Assembly: GCA_045649045.1 (NCBI GenBank)
Contig: JAZRPF010000010.1
Location: forward strand, 1-61,260
DNA: 61,260 nucleotides
Direction of reading: 5' to 3'
Source of the DNA: Eubacteriales bacterium
GTDB taxonomy: Bacteria; Bacillota; Clostridia; Oscillospirales; CAG-272
Shown here: in pieces, positions 18,598-29,448 of the stretch
Layout: each line of letters starts with the position of its first letter
Numbering within the stretch: position 1 is the first letter of the stretch
Notes under the pieces: generated by a model
Told to the model about the DNA's origin: nothing
Seen by the model: the letters and a program-made list of their open reading frames with translations, nothing else
The model's database searches: none
Position numbers and translations under genes: made by a program

Positions 18598-21144
18598 TCA
18601 ATCGCCGAGCCAATTATCAGCGATGCTTAAATCGACGGTGAGGGGGACATCGGTTTGATAAGCGTTTTCCATTTCCTCACGCAGAATTTTTGCTGCTTTA
18701 TCAGCAAGCTTTCTCGGTGCTTCTACAATCAGCTCGTCGTGTACCTGCATGATGAGATGCGCTGACGGGCATTCCTTTTTCAGCCGTGCGGCTGTACGAA
18801 TCATCGCGAGCTTAATGACATCGGTTGCGCTTCCCTGAATGGGACTGTTCATAGCGATTCGTGCGCCGAATGCCTGTGTCATTTTGCTTTTCTCTGCAAG
18901 CTCGGGAATATAGCGACGGCGGCCGAGCATTGTTTGAGAATAGCCGCTTGCACGCGCACTTTCAACCGACGCTTCGCGGTAGGCATCAATGGCGGGGTAG
19001 GTGTTCAGATAGTCCTCAATATAGCGTTTTGCCTGCGCGGTTGAGATTTTCAAGTCCTCACCGAGCGAAAAAGCGCCGATGCCGTAGACAATACCGAAAT
19101 TGACTGCCTTGGCGCGCTTACGCATTTCGTCGCTGACATCCTCTTCCGTGACACCAAAGACGAGAGATGCGGTTTTGGTATGGATATCGTCACCGCGCCT
19201 GAATGCTTCAATCATGGTTTTGTCGCCTGCCATATGAGCAAGCAAGCGAAGCTCGATTTGTGAATAGTCGGCATCAATCAAGACATAATCGTCATTTTCT
19301 GCAATAAAGAAGCGGCGCAATTCGCGACCGAGGGGTGTCCGAATGGGAATGTTCTGGAGATTCGGATCAGTTGAGGAAAGACGGCCTGTTGCGGTTAATG
19401 CCTGCTTGAAGGTGGTATGCACGCGGTCATGCTCATCTGCCTGATTCAAGAGGGCGGTGACATAGGTGGAGCGAAGTTTCGTCACCTGTCTGTATTCAAG
19501 AATCAGGGGGATAATCGGGTGGAGGGAGGCGATTTTTTCAAGAGCCTCGACATTGGTGGAGTAGCCTGATTTTGTTTTCTTGGCGGCAGGAAGACATAGC
19601 TTGCCAAAAAGAATCTCACCAAGCTGCTTTGAGGAATTGAGGTTGAACTCGCTTCCTGCAAGCTCATAAATATCGGCAGTCAATGTCTCAATCATATCGT
19701 CAAGCTCGTGGCCGAAATCCGTGAGTCCGCGACGGTGAATTCTGAAGCCGCTTTTCTCCATTTCAGCAAGAAGGGGTGCAAGCGGCAATTCAATTTCATC
19801 AAGAAGGTAGAGCATTCCTTGCTTTTGCAGGGCTTCACGCAGAACAGGCTCGGAAAGACGCATTCTTTTCGTTGCGGAGAAAGAAGAAGGGGGGAGTGGC
19901 GCACAGTCGCTCGGCAGGACACGCGCAATCGATGAAAGTGCATCATCGAGCGTGCTTCTGTTGCCTGTTGGATGCAAAAGATAGGCATAGAGCATGATAT
20001 CAAGCGGAATACAGCTTGTCTGAACGCCCGCCTTGTGCAGTCTGTGCAATAGATCCTTTGAGTCGAAGCAGATACAGGTGTGACTGCCGTCAAAAAGAGG
20101 GGTTAAGGCGGAAATGTCACCTTGATAGGTGTATAAACGGTCATCGGCGGTGGAAAAGAGATAACAGCCCTCGGTTGCTTCGAGCGCAAACGCGCCTTTT
20201 TTTGCCGCATTCAGAAGCACCTCTGCGCTTGCCTCAACAGCTTGCTCGGTGATTTCAGCCTCTTCCTTTTGTGTGGACTTCGGTTCGTTGAGACCGAGCT
20301 TGCGTACCAATGCCCGAAATTCAAGTGACATCAGCTTGTCGTACAGAGCGGGCGCATAGCCGAGATATTTGAATTCGTCAAGTGTTTTGCCGAGGGGAAC
20401 ATCTCTGACAATTGTAACAAGCCATCTTGCAAGCTCTGCGGCTTCCTTGCCTTGCACAAGCTTATCACGGATACTGCGTCTGATCGAGGGGTTGTCAAGA
20501 TTATGGTAGATGTTTTCGAGAGAACCAAAGCATGAAATCAGACGGAGGGCGGTTTTTTCGCCGATTCCCGCAACACCTGGGATGTTGTCGGACGAGTCAC
20601 CCATGAGCGCCTTGACATCAATGAACTGGGATGGAGAAATACCGTAGTGTTCTGAAAAATGAGAGGGTGTAAAGGGAATGGTATCGCTGTTGGTTGCCAG
20701 AAGAACGGTGATGTTTTCACTCACCATTTGCAGAAGGTCGCGGTCACCGGTCAGAATATATGCCTCGGTATCGGGACGGCTGGCTGCCATCACAGAGACG
20801 GTGGCGAGAATGTCATCTGCCTCGTAGCCGGGCAGCTCAAGCGTGTGAAGTCCCATCAGACGCATACATTCCTTAGCGTCGTCGAATTGCTCAAGCAGCT
20901 CAGGAGGTGTCGGGTGACGGCCTTCCTTGTATTCGGGGTAGCGCTCCTTGCGAAAATTGCGCTCTTTGACATCAAAGGCGATGCAGGCATAGGTCGGTTG
21001 CAATTTTTCAAGCTGGATGCGGACAATATTAATGAGTCCGTAGATGGCATTTGTGGGCTTGCCGCCGCTTGTCGAGAGAGCGCGAATACCGTAAAATGCG
21101 CGGTTAATCATACTGTTTCCGTCTATGATGAGGAGTTTTTCCAT
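18598..21144 (-). CDS. polA: DNA polymerase I
   Basis: 5' nuclease N-terminus (LLIIDGNSMINRAFY), family-A motifs (DYSQIELRLLAH, RRxAKxxNFGxxYG, QVHDELIVE); ATG 21144 with RBS preferred over extended ORF start 21246. Confidence 0.9.
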   Translation of the reverse strand: MEKLLIIDGNSMINRAFYGIRALSTSGGKPTNAIYGLINIVRIQLEKLQPTYACIAFDVKERNFRKERYPEYKEGRHPTPPELLEQFDDAKECMRLMGLHTLELPGYEADDILATVSVMAASRPDTEAYILTGDRDLLQMVSENITVLLATNSDTIPFTPSHFSEHYGISPSQFIDVKALMGDSSDNIPGVAGIGEKTALRLISCFGSLENIYHNLDNPSIRRSIRDKLVQGKEAAELARWLVTIVRDVPLGKTLDEFKYLGYAPALYDKLMSLEFRALVRKLGLNEPKSTQKEEAEITEQAVEASAEVLLNAAKKGAFALEATEGCYLFSTADDRLYTYQGDISALTPLFDGSHTCICFDSKDLLHRLHKAGVQTSCIPLDIMLYAYLLHPTGNRSTLDDALSSIARVLPSDCAPLPPSSFSATKRMRLSEPVLREALQKQGMLYLLDEIELPLAPLLAEMEKSGFRIHRRGLTDFGHELDDMIETLTADIYELAGSEFNLNSSKQLGEILFGKLCLPAAKKTKSGYSTNVEALEKIASLHPIIPLILEYRQVTKLRSTYVTALLNQADEHDRVHTTFKQALTATGRLSSTDPNLQNIPIRTPLGRELRRFFIAENDDYVLIDADYSQIELRLLAHMAGDKTMIEAFRRGDDIHTKTASLVFGVTEEDVSDEMRKRAKAVNFGIVYGIGAFSLGEDLKISTAQAKRYIEDYLNTYPAIDAYREASVESARASGYSQTMLGRRRYIPELAEKSKMTQAFGARIAMNSPIQGSATDVIKLAMIRTAARLKKECPSAHLIMQVHDELIVEAPRKLADKAAKILREEMENAYQTDVPLTVDLSIADNWLGD

Positions 21145-21175
21145 GGTCTTTTCCTTTCGGCTTGCACTTCGACTT

Positions 21176-22279
21176 TTATGAGTTTGTACTTTCCCCTTGC
21201 TCCGTGGTTTCTTCCGCGTCTTGTGCGGTATCTTCCGGAAGGCCATCCTGTTCTGCTTCCGCGGTAGCGGGTTCGTTGTTATCTACATCAAATAGCGCTT
21301 GTGCGTTTTCTGTCTCTGCGGCTATTTCGGGCGCTTCGCTTTCAAGCGAGTCAAAGGTCAGCTGAAGCTCGTCAAAATCCTCGTCAGCTAAAGGAGGCAT
21401 TTTGCTGAGCGAAGCGGCAGGGTGCTCAGCTTTTTTCAGCAGTTGAAGTATTTTATCATCATTTGAGCTTTCTGAGAAAAGAACGCGCAGCATACGGATG
21501 CTGATATAGAGGAATACTGCAACCATGAAAATATCGTGTGCTGCATTTTCGTAGAGCGGTTGCCCATTGACTAACATATAAATAAATGAAGGGAAACCGC
21601 AAACGGCAGAGAAAACCATGGTTATGAAGCCAAGCGCGCATTCGGTGGCATAACGAGGTTGTCCCAGCAGTACGCGCAATTCGTAGAGAAGATAAAGTGC
21701 AATGAAAACAAAGGTGAATTGGTCAAGCAACTTGTTTGGCGCATTGATGGGAGAGCTTGTTTCAAAATAAAGATACAAAACCTGCATGATAGCAAAAAAG
21801 GGAATGGACAGACCGAACAAAACACGCTTATCCTCGGCGCCGGTTGGGAAAAGACAGTTATGAATGCAGAAAAACACGCCTGCAATGGAGAAAAGCGTTG
21901 CTAACAGCAAAAGGGTAGTGGTGAGGGGAGAATCAGAGATTTCGTTCGGCTTCATTTCGAAAAAGGTTGGAATTGAGAAAAGTGCATATGCGGCGAGTGA
22001 AATGCCCAGAAGCGCATTCCCGAAATAGAAGCTGATACCATGCTCGGCGGGGCGGAGCGAAATTTTGCCACGCAGACAAAGCCCCACGACAAAAAACACA
22101 AGGACAATGGCAAACAGCAGATAGTGTACTGCTGTCGGCAACAGAGAGTCTGCTTGATAATAACCTGTGCTGATTTCAAATTCCTGAAGTGCCATATAGC
22201 GAATAAAGGAAATGAACGCTGAAAAAGAAAGCGACAGCGAAAAGAACAAAGCAAAAACAATACGGGTTGATTTGGACAT
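21176..22279 (-). CDS. hypothetical polytopic membrane protein with acidic C-terminal tail
   Basis: about 8 hydrophobic spans, then a D/E-rich tail; ATG 22279 preceded by AGGTGGAG. Confidence 0.55.
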   Translation of the reverse strand: MSKSTRIVFALFFSLSLSFSAFISFIRYMALQEFEISTGYYQADSLLPTAVHYLLFAIVLVFFVVGLCLRGKISLRPAEHGISFYFGNALLGISLAAYALFSIPTFFEMKPNEISDSPLTTTLLLLATLFSIAGVFFCIHNCLFPTGAEDKRVLFGLSIPFFAIMQVLYLYFETSSPINAPNKLLDQFTFVFIALYLLYELRVLLGQPRYATECALGFITMVFSAVCGFPSFIYMLVNGQPLYENAAHDIFMVAVFLYISIRMLRVLFSESSNDDKILQLLKKAEHPAASLSKMPPLADEDFDELQLTFDSLESEAPEIAAETENAQALFDVDNNEPATAEAEQDGLPEDTAQDAEETTEQGESTNS

Positions 22280-22604
22280 CGTGGGACTCCACCTTTCTTT
22301 GCATGATTCGCAGAAGGTCATTTTGGCGAAATATTAAAAGTTTTATCAAATGAATGCGCTATATAATAATATGGAAGGAAAGTAGCGATTTTGACTGCTT
22401 GACGGCAGAAAACCAAAAGAACATCGAAACACTTATTATTATACTGCACTTTCATTAACATTCAATGAATAAATTTCCAATGAAATAATAAACTTTTGAA
22501 AACTCTGCGACAAAAACAGACATTTCATTCGAATATATACAATATGCACAAAAACACACACTAAAATTAGTCGAAATTTCTACATATAAAAAATGGTAAA
22601 AGCA

Positions 22605-22633
22605 TTGCAATTTGATGTAAAATCGAGTATAAT
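22605..22633 (+). promoter_or_regulatory. sigma-A promoter of the S10 operon
   Basis: TTGCAA-N17-TATAAT preceded by a very AT-rich UP-like region; about 230-nt leader before rpsJ. Confidence 0.55.
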
Positions 22634-22865
22634 AAGAAGGCTTGATGTGCGATGAAGCGAGAGGTTGCCGTGGTAACACGGGTAATTTTCGTGGAGTATG
22701 TCCGAAAAACGGGCGACAGCAACTCGCCGTCCTTGACGGCAACTGCGCGGTTAGGGTGTGTCTGTGCGGCAGACGCAACCCGCTTTTTACAGGCCTAAAA
22801 AGAAACAGCCGGCACAGTGTACATTCCATCGCCCCCCTACAGTAAGAAAAAAAGGAGGCAAAACA

Positions 22866-23177
22866 ATGGCAGCAAATGAAAAAATCAGAGTGAGACTCAA
22901 AAGCTATGACCACACGCTCGTAGATGCCGCAGCAGAGAAGATTGTGGAAATTGCCAAGAGAAACGGCAGCGCTGTTTCGGGTCCTATTCCGCTTCCGACC
23001 GAAAAGGAGATTGTCACCATTCTCCGTGCGGTCCATAAGTATAAGGATAGCCGTGAGCAGTTTGAAATGCGTACTCATAAGAGACTCATTGACATTCTCA
23101 AGCCCCAGAGCAAGACGGTTGAAGCGCTCATGAGCGTTGAACTTCCTGCCGGTGTGGACATTGAGATCAAGGCGTAA
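22866..23177 (+). CDS. rpsJ: 30S ribosomal protein S10
   Basis: [16 protein letters not shown]..; RBS AAGGAGG; first gene of conserved cluster. Confidence 0.95.
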   Translation: MAANEKIRVRLKSYDHTLVDAAAEKIVEIAKRNGSAVSGPIPLPTEKEIVTILRAVHKYKDSREQFEMRTHKRLIDILKPQSKTVEALMSVELPAGVDIEIKA

Positions 23178-23304
23178 GCCGAATCCCTAAGCGGAGGACG
23201 AGCCTCCGGCGGTCAAAAGCCGCAACGCAGAATCCATGCGGTCATGTTGGCGCTTCGTCAAAACGAAATTCAAAGGCGTCAACCAATAACTGAGGAGAAA
23301 AAAC

Positions 23305-23937
23305 ATGAAAAAAGGCATTATCGGTAAGAAACTGGGCATGACTCAGATTTTCGACGAAATCGGCAATGTAATTCCCGTAACCCTGATTGAAGCAGGCCCC
23401 TGCGCTATTTCGCAGAAGAAGACTGCTGAAAATGATGGCTATGACGCAATTCAGCTCGCTTTCGGCGATGCCAAGGAAAAGCACCAGACCAAAGCTTTGC
23501 TCGGTCACTTCAAGAAGGCCGGCATCACCCCCAAGAGACATTTGAAGGAATTCCGTCTTGATGATTGCAGCGCGTACAATGTTGGCGATGTGATTGCCGT
23601 CGATACCTTCGCCGCAGGCGAAAAGGTCGACATCACAGGCATTACGAAGGGCCACGGCTACACGGGTGCAGTTAAAAGATGGGGACACCACATTTTGTCG
23701 ATGACACACGGTACAGGTCCTATCCACCGTCAGGTTGGTTCTATGGGTGCAAACTCGACACCTTCTCGTGTTTTCAAGAACAAGAAGATGGCGGGACAGT
23801 ACGGTAACGAGCAGGTCACAATTCTGAACCTGGTTGTTGTAAAAATTGATGCAGAAAAAAATCTAATCGCAGTGAAGGGCGCCGTTCCCGGTGCTAAGGG
23901 CGGTATCGTCTTCATTCGCGATTCTGTGAAAGCATAA
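23305..23937 (+). CDS. rplC: 50S ribosomal protein L3
   Basis: MKKGIIGKKLGMTQIFDE.. and operon order. Confidence 0.95.
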   Translation: MKKGIIGKKLGMTQIFDEIGNVIPVTLIEAGPCAISQKKTAENDGYDAIQLAFGDAKEKHQTKALLGHFKKAGITPKRHLKEFRLDDCSAYNVGDVIAVDTFAAGEKVDITGITKGHGYTGAVKRWGHHILSMTHGTGPIHRQVGSMGANSTPSRVFKNKKMAGQYGNEQVTILNLVVVKIDAEKNLIAVKGAVPGAKGGIVFIRDSVKA

Positions 23938-23955
23938 CGGAAGGAGGAAACTGAA

Positions 23956-24582
23956 ATGGCTGTAATTAAAGTTGTGGATATGAACGGCAAGGAAGTCGGC
24001 GAAATGAATCTGGCTGACGAAATCTTTGCTGCCGACATCAACGAGGCTGTCCTCCATACCGCAGTGAAGGCATATCTCGCTAATCAGAGACAGGGCACAC
24101 AGTCCACCTTGACCCGCACGGAAGTATCCGGCGGTGGCAAGAAGCCCTGGAAGCAGAAGGGTACCGGTCGTGCAAGACAGGGTTCTACCCGTGCTCCGCA
24201 GTGGACACATGGCGGTATCGCACTCGGCCCGAAGCCCCGCGAATACCGTGTCAGCCTGAACAAGAAGACCAAGCGCATTGCAATCTTCAGCGCACTTTCC
24301 TCGAAGGTCGCTGCAGGTGAAATGGTCGTTGTTGACAAGATTGCTGCAACCGAGTACAAGACTGCTGCTATGGCAAACATGGTGAAGGCACTCGGCGCAG
24401 GCAAGAAGTCACTGATTGTGATGCCTGAGGTTAATTCTTTTGTAGTCAAGAGCTGCGCTAACATCCCCGGTGTCAAGACGACAATGTTCAATACATTCAG
24501 CGCATATGATGTTCTGAATTGCAATACACTCATTGTCGCGAAGGAAGCCGTTGAGAAAATCCAGGAGGTGTACGCGAAATGA
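23956..24582 (+). CDS. rplD: 50S ribosomal protein L4
   Basis: 208 aa; GGGKKPWKQKGTGRARQGS motif. Confidence 0.95.
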   Translation: MAVIKVVDMNGKEVGEMNLADEIFAADINEAVLHTAVKAYLANQRQGTQSTLTRTEVSGGGKKPWKQKGTGRARQGSTRAPQWTHGGIALGPKPREYRVSLNKKTKRIAIFSALSSKVAAGEMVVVDKIAATEYKTAAMANMVKALGAGKKSLIVMPEVNSFVVKSCANIPGVKTTMFNTFSAYDVLNCNTLIVAKEAVEKIQEVYAK

Positions 24583-24872
24583 AGGCAATTGCAGATGTAA
24601 TCATTAAGCCTCTTATCACCGAAAAGGCAACCGATTCTCTTGCTGAGAAGTGTTATTCCTTCAAGGTGCTGAAGAGCGCAACCAAGCCCGAAATCGCCAA
24701 GGCGGTTGAGGCAATGTTTGATGTGAAGGTTGCGACTGTCAACACAATCATCATGAAAAAGAAGCCGAAGAGACTCGGTGTTCATTTGGGTACTACAAGC
24801 GAGTGGAAGAAAGCCATTGTGACCTTGAAGCCTGACTCCAAGAGCATCGCATTCTTCGACAGCATGAATTGA
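24579..24872 (+). CDS. rplW: 50S ribosomal protein L23
   Basis: 97 aa; ITEKA..YSFKV..ATKPEIAKAVE. Confidence 0.95.
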   Translation: MKAIADVIIKPLITEKATDSLAEKCYSFKVLKSATKPEIAKAVEAMFDVKVATVNTIIMKKKPKRLGVHLGTTSEWKKAIVTLKPDSKSIAFFDSMN

Positions 24873-24890
24873 GTAGGAGGTTGAAGAAGA

Positions 24891-25721
24891 ATGCCTACTG
24901 TTAACTACAAGCCGACGACACCGTCGCGCAGAAATATGCAGGCTCCGTCCTTTGACGAGGTAACAAAGTTTACCCCTGAAAAGAGCCTGATTCAAACAAA
25001 GAAAAAGAAAGCCGGACGCAACAGCTACGGCAAAATCACCGTTCGCCATAAGGGCGGCGGAAACAAGCAGAAGTACAGACTGATCGACTTCAAGCGTCAG
25101 ACTGAGGGCGCAGCGACTGTTGTCGGTGTCGAATATGACCCGAACAGAACCGCATACATTGCACTTCTGCAGCATGAAAGTGGCGAAAAGAGCTATGTCA
25201 TTGCACCTGTTGGCTTGACCGACGGTGATGTGGTTTACTCCGGCGCCGATGCAGATATCAAGCCCGGCAACACGATGCCGATCAGCTCGATTCCTGTTGG
25301 TACTTTCATTTATAACATTGAGCTCTATCCCGGTAAGGGGGCGCAGCTTGTCCGTTCCGCAGGTGCCGCAGCGCAGCTGATGGCAAAGGAGAACGGTTCT
25401 GCGCAGGTAAGACTTCCTTCGGGAGAAGTGCGTATCATTCGCTTGGACTGTAAGGCAACAATCGGACAGGTTGGCAACATCGAGCATGAGACTGTCAAGC
25501 TCGGTAAGGCCGGTAAGACTCGTCACAAGGGTATCCGCCCGACTGTTCGCGGTTCCGTCATGAACCCGTGCGACCACCCGCACGGTGGTGGTGAAGGCCG
25601 TTCGCCTGTCGGACGCCCCGGACCTGTAACACCGTGGGGCAAGCCTGCTCTTGGTTATAAGACCAGAAACAAGAAGGCTCGCACAAACAAGTTCATCGTG
25701 AAACGCAGAGGCAGCAAGTAA
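24891..25721 (+). CDS. rplB: 50S ribosomal protein L2
   Basis: 276 aa; [20 protein letters not shown] motif. Confidence 0.95.
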   Translation: MPTVNYKPTTPSRRNMQAPSFDEVTKFTPEKSLIQTKKKKAGRNSYGKITVRHKGGGNKQKYRLIDFKRQTEGAATVVGVEYDPNRTAYIALLQHESGEKSYVIAPVGLTDGDVVYSGADADIKPGNTMPISSIPVGTFIYNIELYPGKGAQLVRSAGAAAQLMAKENGSAQVRLPSGEVRIIRLDCKATIGQVGNIEHETVKLGKAGKTRHKGIRPTVRGSVMNPCDHPHGGGEGRSPVGRPGPVTPWGKPALGYKTRNKKARTNKFIVKRRGSK

Positions 25722-25755
25722 TGCCGCACAGTAATTGAGAAGGAGGCACTAAATA

Positions 25756-26037
25756 ATGAGCAGAAGCCTGAAAAAAGCACCTTTCGTGGAGCAGAAGCTT
25801 TTTGACCGCGTGGTTGCTATGAATGAAAAAGGCGAAAAAAAGGTGTTGAAGACCTGGTCTCGTGCATCCACCATCTTCCCGGAATTTGTCGGTCACACGA
25901 TTGCTGTCCATGACGGCAGAAAGCATGTGCCGGTTTATGTAACCGAAGATATGGTCGGTCACAAGCTCGGTGAATTCGCACCCACCCGCACCTTTAAGGG
26001 ACACGCGGGTTCCAAAACATCTAACAACGGCAAATAA
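25756..26037 (+). CDS. rpsS: 30S ribosomal protein S19
   Basis: [35 protein letters not shown]. Confidence 0.95.
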   Translation: MSRSLKKAPFVEQKLFDRVVAMNEKGEKKVLKTWSRASTIFPEFVGHTIAVHDGRKHVPVYVTEDMVGHKLGEFAPTRTFKGHAGSKTSNNGK

Positions 26038-26079
26038 TCAATGAATCGCAAAATTGCGAGAGGAGGCAACGCCTGAACT

Positions 26080-26433
26080 ATGGAAGCAAAGGCATATCTT
26101 AAATACGCGAGAATTTCTCCGCGCAAGGTTAAGATTGTTCTCGACCTTATCAGAGGCAAGGACACCGAGACGGCAATGGCGATTCTGAAGAATACGCCGA
26201 AAAGCGCGTCTGAATATCTGACCAAGCTCTTAAAAAGCGCGGTTGCAAACGCAGAACACAATTTCCATATGGATACAACAAATCTTTATGTATCCGAGTG
26301 CTTTGTCTGCCCCGGCCCCACACTGAAGCGTGTGATGCCCCGCGCACAAGGCAGAGCATACAGAATCCTGAAGAGAACCAGCCATGTGACAATGGCAGTC
26401 AAAGAGAAAAATTCGGAGAAGGAGGTAGGCTGA
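26080..26433 (+). CDS. rplV: 50S ribosomal protein L22
   Basis: [27 protein letters not shown]. Confidence 0.95.
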   Translation: MEAKAYLKYARISPRKVKIVLDLIRGKDTETAMAILKNTPKSASEYLTKLLKSAVANAEHNFHMDTTNLYVSECFVCPGPTLKRVMPRAQGRAYRILKRTSHVTMAVKEKNSEKEVG

Positions 26434-26437
26434 CACT

Positions 26438-27211
26438 ATGGGACAGAAAGTAAATCCGCATGGTCTTCGCGTCGGCGTTATCAAGCCCTGGGATTCCAGA
26501 TGGTTTGTTGGTGACCATGAATTCGGCGATACGCTGGTATCTGACTATCAAATCAGAAAGCATCTGAAGAACAAGCTTCAGGGTGCCGGCGTACCTAAAA
26601 TTGAAATCGAGCGTGACAGAGCGCGCATCCGCGTGTTCATTCACTGCGCGAAGCCCGGTATGGTCATTGGCCAGAAGGGTGCTGCAATCGAAGCCTTGAA
26701 GGTCGAGCTTGAAAAGATGACCGGCAAGAGCGTGATTGTCAATGTTGTTGAGATCAAGAACGCTGACTTGAACGCACAGCTCGTTGCAGAAAGCATTGCT
26801 TCTCAGCTTGAAAGAAGAATTTCCTTCCGCCGTGCAATGAAGCAGGCAATCGGCAGAACCATGCGTCTTGGCGCAAAGGGTATTAAAATCTCTTGCGGCG
26901 GTCGTTTGGGTGGTGCGGAAATCGCTCGTACCGAGCATTACCATGACGGTACCATTCCGCTTCAGACCATCAGAGCCGATATTGATTACGGTTTCTATGA
27001 AGCTAACACCACTTACGGTAAAATTGGTATCAAGGTTTGGATTTATAAGGGTGAAATCCTGAACGACAACGGTAATGCTACCCGTGAGCGCACCGAGCGT
27101 CGTCCTCGCCGTAACGGCGATAACAACCGTCGCGACAACAACCGCGACAACAGAGGTCCTCGCCGCGATTTTCGCCGTAACGAAAGAAGAACAGAAGGGG
27201 GCCACCAATAA
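26438..27211 (+). CDS. rpsC: 30S ribosomal protein S3 (with R/N/D-rich C-terminal tail)
   Basis: [13 protein letters not shown].., KH domain; about 50-aa basic low-complexity extension. Confidence 0.95.
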   Translation: MGQKVNPHGLRVGVIKPWDSRWFVGDHEFGDTLVSDYQIRKHLKNKLQGAGVPKIEIERDRARIRVFIHCAKPGMVIGQKGAAIEALKVELEKMTGKSVIVNVVEIKNADLNAQLVAESIASQLERRISFRRAMKQAIGRTMRLGAKGIKISCGGRLGGAEIARTEHYHDGTIPLQTIRADIDYGFYEANTTYGKIGIKVWIYKGEILNDNGNATRERTERRPRRNGDNNRRDNNRDNRGPRRDFRRNERRTEGGHQ

Positions 27212-27642
27212 TGTTAATGCCGAAGAGAGTTAAGTACAGACGCGTTCAGCGCGGAAGACTTACAGGTAAAGCATCACGCGGTAACACAATCAGCAACGGT
27301 ACCTACGGTTTGGTTGCATTGGAGCCCGCTTGGATTACCAGCAATCAGATCGAGGCTGCGCGTATTGCAATGACTAGATACATTCGCCGTGGCGGTCAGG
27401 TCTGGATTAAGATTTTCCCCGACAAGCCGATTACCGAGAAGCCTGCTGAAACTCGAATGGGTTCAGGTAAAGGCTCTCCTGAGTATTGGGTTGCCGTTGT
27501 AAAGCCCGGCCGTGTTCTCTTTGAGATGGACGGCGTGTCCGAGGAAATTGCGAAAGAAGCAATGCGTCTCGCTATGCACAAGCTGCCGATCAAGTGCAAG
27601 TTCGTGACTCGCGAGCAACAGGAAAAGGCAGAGGAGGTATAA
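27211..27642 (+). CDS. rplP: 50S ribosomal protein L16
   Basis: [16 protein letters not shown].. Confidence 0.95.
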   Translation: MLMPKRVKYRRVQRGRLTGKASRGNTISNGTYGLVALEPAWITSNQIEAARIAMTRYIRRGGQVWIKIFPDKPITEKPAETRMGSGKGSPEYWVAVVKPGRVLFEMDGVSEEIAKEAMRLAMHKLPIKCKFVTREQQEKAEEV

Positions 27643-27645
27643 GCC

Positions 27646-27834
27646 GTGAAAGCAAAGGAACTCAGAGAAATGACGACCGAGCAGCTCGAAACCAAGCTCT
27701 CGGACCTTAAACGCGAGCTTTTTAATCTCCGTTTTCAGCTTGCCATCAATCAGCTTGACAATCCTCACAAAATCGGTGACGTGAAGCACGACATCGCTCG
27801 TGTGATGACTGTTTTGCGCGAGAAGAATGCGTAA
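27646..27834 (+). CDS. rpmC: 50S ribosomal protein L29
   Basis: GTG start; [30 protein letters not shown]. Confidence 0.9.
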   Translation: MKAKELREMTTEQLETKLSDLKRELFNLRFQLAINQLDNPHKIGDVKHDIARVMTVLREKNA

Positions 27835-27850
27835 AAGGAGGTAATGCAAC

Positions 27851-28111
27851 ATGAGCGTAGAAAGAAAAATGAGAAAGCTCCGCGTTGGCCGAGTTGTCAG
27901 CGATAAGATGGATAAGACCGTTGTGGTTGCCATCGAGGACAATGTTCCTCACCCCAAGTACGGTAAAATCATGAAGCGTACGGTGAAAATCCACGTACAT
28001 GATGAGAAGAACGCATGTGGCATCGGCGATAAGGTATCTGTAACAGAAACCAGACCGCTTTCCAAGACTAAGAGATGGCGTCTTGTGGAAATCTTGGAGA
28101 AGGCGAAATAA
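27851..28111 (+). CDS. rpsQ: 30S ribosomal protein S17
   Basis: 86 aa; [20 protein letters not shown]. Confidence 0.95.
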   Translation: MSVERKMRKLRVGRVVSDKMDKTVVVAIEDNVPHPKYGKIMKRTVKIHVHDEKNACGIGDKVSVTETRPLSKTKRWRLVEILEKAK

Positions 28112-28175
28112 TTTCAGTTTCATAAGAATCAGTAGGTAGGTCAAAAAGCTTACCGAAACAAGGAGGAAACTAACA

Positions 28176-28544
28176 GTGATTCAGCAACAGACACTCATGA
28201 AAGTTGCCGATAATACGGGTGCGAAAGAGCTTATGTGCATTCGTGTGCTGGGCGGTTCAGGCCGTCGTTATGCAAACATCGGCGATATCGTAGTGGCAGC
28301 TGTCAAAAAGGCAACACCGGGTGGCGTTGTCAAAAAAGGCGAGGTTGTCAAAGCGGTAATTGTAAGAAGCGTCAAGGGACTTCGTCGCGCAGACGGTTCC
28401 TATATCAAGTTTGACGAAAATGCGGCAGTTGTCATCAAGGAGGATAAGACTCCTAAGGGCACCCGTATTTTTGGCCCGGTAGCAAGAGAGCTTCGTGATA
28501 AAGACTTCACAAAGATTCTTTCTCTCGCTCCCGAGGTTCTGTAA
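28176..28544 (+). CDS. rplN: 50S ribosomal protein L14
   Basis: GTG start after AAGGAGG; [18 protein letters not shown]. Confidence 0.95.
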   Translation: MIQQQTLMKVADNTGAKELMCIRVLGGSGRRYANIGDIVVAAVKKATPGGVVKKGEVVKAVIVRSVKGLRRADGSYIKFDENAAVVIKEDKTPKGTRIFGPVARELRDKDFTKILSLAPEVL

Positions 28545-28557
28545 GGAGGTACTGACA

Positions 28558-28884
28558 ATGGAAAAGCTTCATATTAAGAAGGACGATACCGTTGTGGTTA
28601 TCTCCGGTGACGACAAGGGCAAGAAGGGCAAGGTCATTGCAACCTCTCCGAAAGAGGGCAAGGTCATTGTCGAGGGCGTTCATGTCGTTTCCAAGCACAA
28701 CAAGGCTCGTAAGCAGGGCGAGGTCAGCAGCATCGTGAAAACCGAGGGTGCTATCTACGCCAGCAAGGTTCTTCTGTACTGCTCCGCGTGCGATGCAGGC
28801 AGACGCACCAAGACCGTTATCAAAGAAGAGAACGGCAAGAAAACCAAAATCCGCGTTTGTTCCAAGTGCGGTGCAAATCTGTGA
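28558..28884 (+). CDS. rplX: 50S ribosomal protein L24 (C-terminal CxxC...CxxC)
   Basis: MEKLHIKKDDTVVVISGDDKGKKGKV KOW motif; ATG 28558 after AAGGAGG preferred over ORF-track 28495. Confidence 0.9.
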   Translation: MEKLHIKKDDTVVVISGDDKGKKGKVIATSPKEGKVIVEGVHVVSKHNKARKQGEVSSIVKTEGAIYASKVLLYCSACDAGRRTKTVIKEENGKKTKIRVCSKCGANL

Positions 28885-28899
28885 GGGAGGTAAGAGAGC

Positions 28900-29439
28900 A
28901 TGGCAAGATTTAAGGATAAATACAAGCAGGAAGTTGCTCCTGCCCTGATGAGCAAGTTCGCTTACAAGAGCCCTATGCAGATTCCGAAGTTCGACAAGAT
29001 TGTCATTAATGTCGGCGCAGGTGATGCAAAGGACAACGCAAAGGTTATCGATTCCATCATCGAAGAGATTACATTGATTGCCGGTCAGAAGGCAGTTCCG
29101 ACCTACGCAAAGAAATCTGTCGCAAACTTCAAACTCAGAGAAGGCATGAAGATTGGCGCAAAGGTAACACTTCGCGGCGATAGAATGTACGAGTTTATGG
29201 ACAGACTCTTCAGTTTCGCTCTCCCTCGCGTGCGCGACTTCAAGGGTATCAACCCCAACGCTTTCGACGGCAGAGGCAACTATGCACTCGGCTTGAAGGA
29301 GCAGTTGATTTTCCCTGAAATCGAGTACGATAAGGTGGAGAAGATTCGCGGTATGGACATCATTTTTGTCACAACCGCTGCCACCGACGAAGAAGCAAAA
29401 GAGCTCCTCACCTTGATGGGCGCTCCCTTTGCGAAATAA
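28900..29439 (+). CDS. rplE: 50S ribosomal protein L5
   Basis: [12 protein letters not shown]..; 179 aa. Confidence 0.95.
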   Translation: MARFKDKYKQEVAPALMSKFAYKSPMQIPKFDKIVINVGAGDAKDNAKVIDSIIEEITLIAGQKAVPTYAKKSVANFKLREGMKIGAKVTLRGDRMYEFMDRLFSFALPRVRDFKGINPNAFDGRGNYALGLKEQLIFPEIEYDKVEKIRGMDIIFVTTAATDEEAKELLTLMGAPFAK

Positions 29440-29448
29440 GGAGGAACT

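Noticed and set aside
21145-21246. N-terminal 34-aa extension of polA in the ORF track
   Set aside because: The extension is basic junk that overlaps the upstream gene's 3' end. ATG 21144 gives the canonical MEKLLIIDGNS.. start with an RBS.
22455-23078. 207-aa minus-strand ORF spanning the S10 promoter, leader and rpsJ start
   Set aside because: It overlaps a consensus promoter and the 5' end of rpsJ, and has an implausible composition and no RBS.
24084-25583. 499-aa ORF on the minus strand
   Set aside because: Entirely antisense to rplD, rplW and rplB, which have unmistakable ribosomal protein sequences. It has a Cys/Arg-rich low-complexity translation and no RBS, so it is a GC-driven shadow ORF.
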